In this document: positions 55,334 through 63,134 of the stretch, in pieces
Numbering within the stretch: position 1 is the stretch's first letter
How the letters are laid out: the number at the start of each line of letters is the position of its first letter
IMG/VR virus record: IMGVR_UViG_3300032677_000031
Span: 1-63,134 of that record
Reading direction: 5' to 3' (one strand)
DNA: 63,134 nt
From: a virus
Lineage: Duplodnaviria; Caudoviricetes
Position numbers and translations under genes: made by a program
Notes under the pieces: model-generated
What the model was told of the DNA's origin: nothing
Seen by the model: only the letters and a program-made list of their open reading frames with translations
The model's database searches: none

Positions 55334-56650
55334 TTAGACTCCAGCTTCGTCAAGACCCATGTCAATGGCGTCGCCGGCATTCATCTTCCAGCGGTCGTTG
55401 GTATTGGCATTAGTCTTTGAAGACGTTGAGTTTGCAGAAGCTTTAGGTGTACGTCCAGCCATCTTTAATTGGCTGTTCTCTGCCTCGAGCTGCTTGAGAC
55501 GGGCTTCCATCTGTGCTTTTGACGACTGCTCAAAGCGCAGCTGGTCAGCAAGTACGTGTGACAGCGTGGCCGCGGCAGCAATCTCAGTACGAGTCTTGGC
55601 GTCGTTAGGCCAAAGAGCGGAATTAAATTTCTGCTGCAGGTCTTGCACGCGGGCGTTGTGGGTCTGGATCTGCTTGATGTCTTCCTCGGAAGCGTTCTTT
55701 GGCACTTCCTTGTACCGAGCCCAAGGAACTTCTTTGGTCATCTCATCAAGTGCCTTGTATGCGGTCTCGTTCTCCTGCTTGAACCACTCGACTCGCTCGT
55801 TCTTCTTGGCCTCGAGGATTTCTTCCCCGCGGGTGGCAAGGTCATTGTATTCTTTCTCCTGCTGCTCACGCAGCTCGGCAACCTTTAGCAGGTTCTGCTC
55901 AACCTTTTTGGAGTCCAGAAGCTCTATCTTGTCGAGCACGTTCTGTTTCCACCAAGCACCGGAAACCTTGTCAGGTCCGCCGGCCTTGTCAATGGAAGCT
56001 ATAGTTTCCTCAGAGGCGCCATTCTTCTTGAGGATGGAATATATACTTTCCTTTGCCTCGGAGATCGGGGTCTCATACTTGCTCTTGAGATCAGGATCAT
56101 TTTTAAGATCAAAGATCTGCTTGAACTTGCGTAGCTCTTCGTAATCCGCAGGGGTCTGCGTCGGGCGCTGCTCAAGCTCTACCAGCCTTTGACGCAGCTG
56201 CTCCGCCTCGACTGCTTCTTTTTTGTACCGCGAAGCCGTCTCTTGTAATTTTTTCCAATTACTTTGATTCGATTCGCTGAGGTTGCGTGGCTGTTCGATA
56301 GCCGCAATCTCTGGGTCGATTTCTTCTGCGACTTGAACGGGTTGTTCAGGTTGTGGAGTTTGATCCCCCGGGGCAGAAGGATCCTCAGGAGGTGTTGCAG
56401 GAGTTTCATTTGTTTGGGTTTCGTTGAGATCTTGGTTTAGAAAATTTTCATCTTCAGATGGATCTACCGCAGGCTCTGGTTCAACCGGAGCTGCAAGGGT
56501 GGAGGCTTCCTCGGCAATAGCCGCGTCGTCGAGCTTATCAAACTCGTCCAAGAAGCTTGGGTTTACGGGATCTGGATCAAGACGTGGGGCATCAAAGCCT
56601 ACCACGCCGCTGTCTGGTACTATGTTTTCGTTGTCGATGTCGTTGTTCAT
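55334..56650 (-). CDS. putative scaffolding protein
   Basis: Acidic N-terminus, long coiled coil; between portal and MCP. Confidence 0.6.
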   Translation of the reverse strand: MNNDIDNENIVPDSGVVGFDAPRLDPDPVNPSFLDEFDKLDDAAIAEEASTLAAPVEPEPAVDPSEDENFLNQDLNETQTNETPATPPEDPSAPGDQTPQPEQPVQVAEEIDPEIAAIEQPRNLSESNQSNWKKLQETASRYKKEAVEAEQLRQRLVELEQRPTQTPADYEELRKFKQIFDLKNDPDLKSKYETPISEAKESIYSILKKNGASEETIASIDKAGGPDKVSGAWWKQNVLDKIELLDSKKVEQNLLKVAELREQQEKEYNDLATRGEEILEAKKNERVEWFKQENETAYKALDEMTKEVPWARYKEVPKNASEEDIKQIQTHNARVQDLQQKFNSALWPNDAKTRTEIAAAATLSHVLADQLRFEQSSKAQMEARLKQLEAENSQLKMAGRTPKASANSTSSKTNANTNDRWKMNAGDAIDMGLDEAGV

Positions 56651-56653
56651 ATT

Positions 56654-56893
56654 TTACATGGTTGTGAATCCGGTACCGGATCCGTCTGTTTGTGTTTTTT
56701 GTTCCGCTAAAAGTTCATCAATAACGTTGATGATATATTCTGCCCCGGCTTTCTCTTTGGAAGAGAGTGCCACGGCTTCGATCGTGTCACCCCGTAGCTG
56801 GGGAACACGTGTCCTGAGGTAGGCACGGAGCCTACTGTTTGTTGACTGATCGTACTTCCGAAGATGTACGGAGTCCGTATTTGTCCATTCCAT
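56654..56893 (-). CDS. hypothetical protein
   Basis: 79 aa in head operon. Confidence 0.65.
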   Translation of the reverse strand: MEWTNTDSVHLRKYDQSTNSRLRAYLRTRVPQLRGDTIEAVALSSKEKAGAEYIINVIDELLAEQKTQTDGSGTGFTTM

Positions 56894-56917
56894 AAATTAT
56901 TTTATACCGACAAAAGA

Positions 56918-57247
56918 TTATTGGTTTTCTGCGGCAGTCAGGGCTTGTTCAATCTGATCCTCTGCAGACGCGGGCTTGCTGGCATCGCGCTTGTAGAAAT
57001 TACCCGTGCCAGAATTTTTGTTGGCAAAGGCCGTGGAAAACTGTTCTTGCTGCTGACCTTGGAACTGCTTCAAGCCACTCTCGACTTTGTCCTGCTGTGC
57101 TTTTGCCGTCTGTTGGTTTGCAAGCTCTTCGGCCTGATAGGCTTTCGTTGCCTCCGGAGAAAACTCAGCGAGGTTTCCTTTCTCATCCCGTAGAGCGGGA
57201 GAAGTTGGGATGGTAGGTTTAGCGATGTTGGTGGGAGATCCGCCCAT
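56918..57247 (-). CDS. hypothetical (possibly internal virion) protein
   Basis: MGGS N-terminus; Ala/Gln-rich. Confidence 0.6.
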   Translation of the reverse strand: MGGSPTNIAKPTIPTSPALRDEKGNLAEFSPEATKAYQAEELANQQTAKAQQDKVESGLKQFQGQQQEQFSTAFANKNSGTGNFYKRDASKPASAEDQIEQALTAAENQ

Positions 57248-57255
57248 AGGTTTGG

Positions 57256-59688
57256 TTAATTTGCAGCCGTTGAAGGCTTAGGTGGGTTTGCTACGTTGGT
57301 GATGATATTCTCTTGTCCCGGGCTCTGCATCGCAGATCCAACAGCCTGCGCCGTCGGTGCGTGTGGTGCATGCGGAGCACGTCCGTGACCGCGTGGAGCT
57401 CCGTGTGGCTTCATAGCCGCAGCGGGTGCCACGTTGTCGGGAACCTTTGGGACGATTCCGCCTGAAAGATGTTTGACGGCTTCGTGCATGGCGTCGTAAT
57501 AAGGTGCCAGCATCTTGTGCGGCGTACCCTTCTGCTCCGCCTGCTTCAAGTGACCTGCAAAGTGCTTGATGGCCTCGGTCAGAGGCTGCACGAGCTCTGG
57601 GGTCAGAGAACCCTGAGGTGCCTTGGAAATCACAGGGAAGAGCTTCTGAGCCATCGTCTGGATATGAACGATGTCGTTGTCGCGTGGGCTGACAGGGACT
57701 TCCTGACCGGCCATGATCGACTGCAGCTCAATGACTTGCTGACGCGTAGCCTCGATCTGGATTGCCTCGACCTGATCCTTCGGCAGAATCAACGTGTTGG
57801 CGATCTCTTCTCCAAGCTTGCGGCTGATGTCCAGTTTCATCAGCTCATCTTGATTGACGTTCGGGTTGCCGGCGTAGCGCTGGATCGTGAGATCAAGCAT
57901 CTGGGCATCCTGAGCCGTCGTGTCAGGCATGAGCTCAACAGCGGAGCTGTAGGCAAGCAAGAGAATATCCGAGGGGGCAAGATTGCGCTCCAGCATGTTC
58001 AGGCAGCAGGAGATTGCATCCTCGTCCAAGTGAGGCGGAACCTCAAAGGGGATCATAAAGGAAGGCAGCGGCATGAAGCTGCGATCAAAGGCATCAACAA
58101 CCTCACGGCGTGCCCAGACAGCTTCTTGAATGCCCGATTGACGTGCCTGATCAAGCAGACCCTTGAGATCAGCTGCAGCCTTCACGTGCTCTGGGTGACA
58201 GATGCCGCGCTGAATGCGCTCGACACCGCGGGAGATTTGCTTGCTCCAGCGCATCAGAACTCCCTCGCGCAGCTGATTCTCAATCGCTGCAACGCGGTTG
58301 ACTTCAGAAGCCGTACGCTTGCCTTGCTTCTCACCGAGAGGCTCGCCGGGCAAGAACGTTCCGATCTGAATCTCAGCCAGTCCGCTGATGAATTGATCCA
58401 GTCTGAGGAAGTCATCGACGTCAGCTGGCAGCTGGGTCGGAATCACTTCGTAACCTTCGGAGACGTAGGCAACGGGGTGGGTGACGGTCAGGGGAGGGAC
58501 CCCGGGCTTGGCGTTCGGTCCCTTCTTGAGCAGCAGCATTCCCTTCAGGTAAACGTTGTCCACCACCAAGTTACGTGCTTTGTCAATCGCCACGTGCGTG
58601 TTGTATAGGTCACGACCGGCACCGCGGCTGGACATCAGCCCGCCGGATCCAACCTCAACGGCAAATAGTGCCAAGCACTCGTTCATGCTGTTAAAGCGAT
58701 CCAGCTGAGTGCAAATCTCATCGCCGGACTTGTCGTCAAACAGGAATCTAGAAACCTTGCCGTGAGGCTCGCGGATGAACAGCTCACCTAGCTCGACATA
58801 CTTTGCGTCGTTCTCGTAGCTGGCGCCGTAGCTTCCCTCGCGGAACCAATCCTCGTACCTTCTGGCGTCATCATCCGCGTCAAGCGTGCGTCCTGCAGGG
58901 ATCGCATTGTTGATCGACTTGACGAGATTGTTGATGTGCCAGCCAGCCGCTGCCGAGAGCGGTGGGTTCTCAAGCACTGGAAGCAGGTCTGCAATCTGAT
59001 AGCGCCTTTTGCGACCAAAGATCTGGGTCTGGCTTGTCTCCTGCGGCGTCTCAATTGAGAAGAACGTGTAATCCTGACGCATGAACTCAGGCTTCCAATC
59101 ACGCAGGTCGTCCCAAACCCAGCCGCAATAACCGAAGCAGGTATTCTCGTGCGTCGTCTGGGCAATCAAATCATCCCATCCCCTCCAAGAACGGACGGTG
59201 GAAGTAATCTCCTCACGGAAAACCTTGGTCTTGTTCTCCGCATCAACCGACTCAATCGGATATGCCGAGTAGGTCAGGTACGTCGCCTGCTCCACAACCT
59301 GACGGAAGGGAGGCTGGATACGGCTGACCATCGTTGAAAGGAATCCCGTCGGACGGTTGCTCCTCCAATCCTGACCCATGCTCTCAAGATACTTCGGCTT
59401 GTACGGGGTCTCGTTGTTGAGCTTGCGCTGGATGAGCTGATTTTTCTTGTTGCGCTCGACGTTCTGCTGCTTCAACCGGCGATAGGCAGCCCATGCACCA
59501 GAAGCATCCTTGAACGTACGGCGAACCTGAAGCGTGTCCTTATCAACCGTGTCAATGTCAGCGTTGGTAGGGTTGACGATGTCAAGCTGCAGCATCTGAG
59601 GACGATCATGCGCGTCCTTGATCTTCGGCGCCCGTGGAGCATAGGCGTCGCTGATCTTTGGATCTAAAGGCTTGAGTACGTCGGCCAT
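57256..59688 (-). CDS. portal protein
   Basis: 810 aa after terL; RTASEV motif; size fits a podovirus-type portal. Confidence 0.72.
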   Translation of the reverse strand: MADVLKPLDPKISDAYAPRAPKIKDAHDRPQMLQLDIVNPTNADIDTVDKDTLQVRRTFKDASGAWAAYRRLKQQNVERNKKNQLIQRKLNNETPYKPKYLESMGQDWRSNRPTGFLSTMVSRIQPPFRQVVEQATYLTYSAYPIESVDAENKTKVFREEITSTVRSWRGWDDLIAQTTHENTCFGYCGWVWDDLRDWKPEFMRQDYTFFSIETPQETSQTQIFGRKRRYQIADLLPVLENPPLSAAAGWHINNLVKSINNAIPAGRTLDADDDARRYEDWFREGSYGASYENDAKYVELGELFIREPHGKVSRFLFDDKSGDEICTQLDRFNSMNECLALFAVEVGSGGLMSSRGAGRDLYNTHVAIDKARNLVVDNVYLKGMLLLKKGPNAKPGVPPLTVTHPVAYVSEGYEVIPTQLPADVDDFLRLDQFISGLAEIQIGTFLPGEPLGEKQGKRTASEVNRVAAIENQLREGVLMRWSKQISRGVERIQRGICHPEHVKAAADLKGLLDQARQSGIQEAVWARREVVDAFDRSFMPLPSFMIPFEVPPHLDEDAISCCLNMLERNLAPSDILLLAYSSAVELMPDTTAQDAQMLDLTIQRYAGNPNVNQDELMKLDISRKLGEEIANTLILPKDQVEAIQIEATRQQVIELQSIMAGQEVPVSPRDNDIVHIQTMAQKLFPVISKAPQGSLTPELVQPLTEAIKHFAGHLKQAEQKGTPHKMLAPYYDAMHEAVKHLSGGIVPKVPDNVAPAAAMKPHGAPRGHGRAPHAPHAPTAQAVGSAMQSPGQENIITNVANPPKPSTAAN

Positions 59689-59692
59689 AAAA

Positions 59693-60271
59693 TTAGTTGT
59701 TTACCCAGCAGTGTTTTGGTGTGTCGGAAGATTGCGCCAAGTCCTCAGTGTTCAGGAACACTGCGGAACGGTTGTCGTGCCGAAGTATCGAACATCCTCC
59801 AAGAACTTTTGTCGAGTCTGTTTCTCTAGCCTGTCTTACGCTCGCTGACAAGCGATCAGTTGCCGTAATGCAAGATCCGCATCCCCCGCGCCAGTTAACA
59901 TTGTACACGCAGCCCCCGCAGATCTTTGCCCGTGCCTCTGCCAGCTCATCCCCAACCAGTGGGTGCTCGCGCTGAGCCGAGAGCAGATTCTTTGCCCATG
60001 TCTGGATGTCGCTCAGCAATTCTTGGATGTTCCAATTCGCCGGCACCCGGGTCACTACCACGTCTTCAACGTGATGGCAGAAGTCCGGCCACTGACCGCA
60101 AATGTAATCGGCTACGTCTTCCTTGGTCGCGGTATTAGGTATAGAATTTTCGGCACGGAAGTGCTCGACCTTTTTGTACAGGTCGTCAATCGTATCTGCA
60201 TTTATGCGGACGTCGCCTTGGTAGTAGTGGAAACCACTAGGCGGAACCATCCCTCTGATAGGTTTAGCCAC
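59693..60271 (-). CDS. Cys-rich hypothetical protein
   Basis: GTG start (AKPIRGMVPPSGFHY); RAKICGGC..N...CGSC...GC...HCW; the longer track ORF overlaps the tRNA. Confidence 0.65.
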   Translation of the reverse strand: MAKPIRGMVPPSGFHYYQGDVRINADTIDDLYKKVEHFRAENSIPNTATKEDVADYICGQWPDFCHHVEDVVVTRVPANWNIQELLSDIQTWAKNLLSAQREHPLVGDELAEARAKICGGCVYNVNWRGGCGSCITATDRLSASVRQARETDSTKVLGGCSILRHDNRSAVFLNTEDLAQSSDTPKHCWVNN

Positions 60272-60277
60272 GGAGGG

Positions 60278-60306
60278 GGAATATGTTATTTGCATGCCGT
60301 TGTCAA
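60278..60306 (-). promoter_or_regulatory. sigma70-like promoter, probably giving a leaderless mRNA
   Basis: TTGACA-17 nt-TATTCC; GTG at 60271. Confidence 0.55.
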
Positions 60307-60315
60307 CAGGTATTT

Positions 60316-60392
60316 TGGCTGCCGCGCTAGGACTTGAACCTAGAAAAGCCGCTTTCAAAGAGCGGTGAGTCTACCAATTCCTCCACACGGCA
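60316..60392 (-). tRNA. tRNA-Gln(TTG)
   Basis: Acceptor TGCCGTG/CGCGGCA, D-loop AATTGGTA, anticodon arm CCGCT-CTTTGAA-AGCGG, T-loop TTCAAGT, encoded CCA. Confidence 0.9.
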
Positions 60393-60400
60393 ATGAGTTT

Positions 60401-61024
60401 TCATTTCGGCAAAGCAAAATCTTTTTTGTTGTACTTCCGGCAATTCCAATATGCCGGAAGGATTTGAAGGTTCGTGTGATGGTGTTTGCCGTTTTTAGAA
60501 AGGGGAACGATATGGTCTACCTCCCAAGGATTCCCTAAACAACTTTCAAGCCGTCTGCAACATTCGGTGAGGCAGGTTTCAATCTTTATATCATGATTTG
60601 GGTCGATGGATTCTTTACGAAGGGATCTTCGATAACGGTTTTGTGACAGGACGACTGAATAATTCTTTCTTTTCCATGCCACAAGATTTTTCCTGACCTT
60701 CTCGGGATTTTTACTTTGCCAACGCTTAACCGATTGCAAGCTTTGGTTCTTTAGCTCTTCGTATTTTTCTGGAGATACCCACCATTCTCCATCCTTGCAG
60801 TTGGGCGCATACCTCCAAAAAATTTTTCCGCTTACTGGGTTGACTTCTCCCACTTTTCTTGGGGTTCGGTCACTAAACAAAATGCGTCGCCGTTGGGTTG
60901 TCTCTTTTAGCTTTTGCTTTTTGGCTAAAAATTTATCAGGCGTGAGCCACAGTTCTTTACCGTGGATGACCGCCCAAAAGATTTTCCCTGTTAGGGGGTC
61001 TATTGTTCCGTTTTTTAGTTTCAT
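60401..61024 (-). CDS. HNH homing endonuclease
   Basis: WEVDHIVPLSKNGKHHHTNLQILP..WN..K; two copies of the N-terminal module. Confidence 0.85.
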   Translation of the reverse strand: MKLKNGTIDPLTGKIFWAVIHGKELWLTPDKFLAKKQKLKETTQRRRILFSDRTPRKVGEVNPVSGKIFWRYAPNCKDGEWWVSPEKYEELKNQSLQSVKRWQSKNPEKVRKNLVAWKRKNYSVVLSQNRYRRSLRKESIDPNHDIKIETCLTECCRRLESCLGNPWEVDHIVPLSKNGKHHHTNLQILPAYWNCRKYNKKDFALPK

Positions 61025-62892
61025 CAATCTTGACTAAAATCTATAAACCCTGCTTTGTCAATTAAGGTTTGGGAAAACTGTTTACCTTGAAACTCCCGAG
61101 TTGGTTTGGGGGTCGTCATCGTCGGTACGCTTCCGCTGCGCTGGCGGAACAAGAACACGAGTAAGCTCAGTGAGTCAAGTGCATCCGGTGACGGCTGGCG
61201 TGTCCGCTTGCAATACTCGGCCTTGGCCTCGACGCGTACCAGCCCCCGACCCTTCTGCTTGTACCGGCGACCCGTCGCCTGCTTGACCAGCTCCTCGTGC
61301 CGGAAGCCCGGTGAGATCTTCAGGTAGCCGAACTCAATGAACTTGCCGAGTCCGAAGATCAGCTCGGTCACAACCCCGTTGTACATCTCGTTTGCCTTCT
61401 GCGTGTCGTCGCCCAGCACGTGCGTGTCGGTGGCGGCCTCCGAGTAGTTGACGCCCATGACCTCGGGGCCAAAGATGTTCTTCAGGTTGTCGTGCACGCC
61501 TGACCCGTTGCCGGTTCGATCCACGCATACCCAGCCCGCTCCGATCTTCATCTGGTTGCAGAACCGCATGATCGCCTGCGTCTGCTTTACGGTGTCGCCC
61601 TTCGGGAATGGCATCTGGCTGTCCACTTGCACGACGACCCGCGGCTTGTCGAATGCTTGGAACTTGCCGCTCAGTGGCGTCCATCCGTCGCTCAGACCGA
61701 ATCTTCCGTACGTGCACATGAGCTGGTCGTTGCCCTCGAGCGCCAAGTCAAAGCTGGCCAGCGGCACGACGTTGCCGACGAAGCGTACGATGCCGACCGC
61801 GTTGTCCATCATGGCCGGCGTTATGATCGCCATCGACACACCCTCCTGCGGGAACCATCCGCGTGCCATCGTGAAATACTCGCCGGTACGCCCGCGGCTC
61901 TCGTAGTTCATGAAGCCCTCGTAGGTCTGGAGACCGGGGTACACGACCCTCTTCTCCATCACGTTCTCCGATCGCGCCGCGTCCAGTCGCAGGACGTGCC
62001 ATCCGTCTCGGCTACGCCACTCGTAGTCCTCCTCGCAGTCGATCGAGCCCCAGCCCCGCTTCGGTTCGCACAGCCGGCCAAAGTGGCTGGTGCGGTCTTT
62101 CGGGTTGGATGCCGCGAAGACCTTGATGTGACCGGCGTTCTTAGTGTCTGCGGTTGAAAGCAAATTGTAACATCCTTCCCATACGCCGGCTGGGATTTCC
62201 TCCGCCTCGTCGAGGATGACGAAGTTCCGGGTCAACTTGCCGAATCGGTTGTGCGCTTTGCCATGACGAGGTGACGGGTGAAATCCGCGTAGCACGCCGA
62301 AACCTGACTCACCCTTGGGGATCGCCACAAGGTGGATGCCCTGCTTGCTGTCGCTATTCGCTTGGATGCTCTTCACCAGATCTTCTGAGTTATCCATCGG
62401 AGGTTTGACCAGTGCCGTGCGGTGGAAGTTCTTGATCGACGCAAAGATGTTGCGCTCCGCGTGCTCGGCCGTGAGCGAGATGACCTTGATCGACGTGTTG
62501 CACGGATCCTGCAGCCAGCTCAGGTAGAAAAAAGCTGCCGCACCAAACGACTTACCCATAGCGCCGGCTCCTTGCACCAGTAACTTGTCATGCTGAAACA
62601 AGCATCTCCACACCTCACGGGAGCTTTCTGGTCTCCAGTTGTAGGTTTCCCCTCCCCACAGGATCGTTGCAGCCGCCTCAAACTGGTCTCCCTGCAGGAG
62701 GGTGTCCACATACCCCCAAACCACGTTCCGAGCGATTTCTGGCCTAATCTCGAGCGATTGCGGGGGGTTTGCGGTGAGGTGCGTGAGGATCCAGTGGGCA
62801 GCGTACAGGATGCCCCGCTCCTCGTCCCGGTCGGCTTCGGCTCGAATTTTTTCTGCGATAGCAACAAGTTTTGCGACGGCCGGCTTTAGCAT
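61024..62892 (-). CDS. terL: terminase large subunit
   Basis: GAGAMGKS Walker A, ILDEAE Walker B, ASNP, FDLA, VDRTGNGSG, SPDALD nuclease motifs. Confidence 0.9.
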   Translation of the reverse strand: MLKPAVAKLVAIAEKIRAEADRDEERGILYAAHWILTHLTANPPQSLEIRPEIARNVVWGYVDTLLQGDQFEAAATILWGGETYNWRPESSREVWRCLFQHDKLLVQGAGAMGKSFGAAAFFYLSWLQDPCNTSIKVISLTAEHAERNIFASIKNFHRTALVKPPMDNSEDLVKSIQANSDSKQGIHLVAIPKGESGFGVLRGFHPSPRHGKAHNRFGKLTRNFVILDEAEEIPAGVWEGCYNLLSTADTKNAGHIKVFAASNPKDRTSHFGRLCEPKRGWGSIDCEEDYEWRSRDGWHVLRLDAARSENVMEKRVVYPGLQTYEGFMNYESRGRTGEYFTMARGWFPQEGVSMAIITPAMMDNAVGIVRFVGNVVPLASFDLALEGNDQLMCTYGRFGLSDGWTPLSGKFQAFDKPRVVVQVDSQMPFPKGDTVKQTQAIMRFCNQMKIGAGWVCVDRTGNGSGVHDNLKNIFGPEVMGVNYSEAATDTHVLGDDTQKANEMYNGVVTELIFGLGKFIEFGYLKISPGFRHEELVKQATGRRYKQKGRGLVRVEAKAEYCKRTRQPSPDALDSLSLLVFLFRQRSGSVPTMTTPKPTREFQGKQFSQTLIDKAGFIDFSQD

Positions 62893-63023
62893 AACTTACA
62901 CCCTTTTCTAAGGTTGATTGCGGCGGGCAACACCTGAAGGTTGGAACGTTTCACATACCCCCGGAAGCGCCAGCCGTCTTCGCGGGTCTCGCCGATTTTT
63001 CTTTTGGTAACTTCAGATAACAT
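62886..63023 (-). pseudogene. 45-aa internally deleted HNH endonuclease remnant (not in ORF track)
   Basis: MLSEVTKRKIGETREDGWRFRGYVKR fused in frame to SNLQVLPAAINLRKGCKLC; catalytic DH core missing. Confidence 0.75.
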
Positions 63024-63134
63024 ACAAAAGAAACAATGGGTTTAAGTCAATGTTTACAGAGTAAATAATCATTAACGCCATTATTGCACTGGTCATTGAT
63101 CATTAAACCCTACGTTATCAGACGTTAAATCAGC
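63008..63134. repeat. 127-bp terminal direct repeat (copy 2)
   Basis: Identical to 1-127. Confidence 0.95.

Noticed and set aside
60272-60358. N-terminal extension of ORF 59693..60358
   Set aside because: It overlaps the tRNA and a promoter; GTG at 60271 is the better start
60316-60392. Suppressor tRNA or alternative genetic code
   Set aside because: Anticodon is TTG (Gln); genes are intact under the standard code and TAA, TAG and TGA all end genes

Overview
This window is an apparently complete, circularly assembled dsDNA tailed-phage genome. Bases 1-127 are repeated exactly at 63008-63134, so the unit length is about 63,007 bp. It has two arms. The + strand arm (about 1957-21969) carries roughly 35 small early genes, a RuvC-like resolvase, dNMP kinase, SNF2-type helicase, a histone-fold-like protein, a Cas4-like nuclease, a putative SSB, a degenerate ThyX-like protein, a family A DNA polymerase and a primase-helicase. 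The - strand arm carries TerS, TerL, tRNA-Gln(TTG), portal, scaffold, four glycosyltransferase-like genes, the major capsid protein, decoration/fibre proteins, a lysis cassette, podovirus-type tail and ejection proteins including a 2343-aa polyvalent protein, and a separately promoted PurD-like ATP-grasp module. I found no integrase, repressor, CRISPR array, reverse transcriptase or RNA polymerase. The most notable items are: (1) a ~750-nt ORF-poor region (860-1624) dense in hairpins with + strand G-U bias and ending in a terminator, a candidate large ncRNA; (2) a symmetric 273-bp inverted repeat (candidate origin or packaging site); (3) a shared N-terminal motif in seven ORFs (five nucleases, a stand-alone copy and an internally deleted remnant); (4) a probable phage histone; (5) FLPA/YLPA linkers between effector domains of the giant ejection protein; (6) a glycosyltransferase cluster in the head module; (7) a structured ~200-nt capsid leader; (8) a repeated early promoter/operator architecture. 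All functional calls come from motif recognition by eye; no database searches or folding programs were run.
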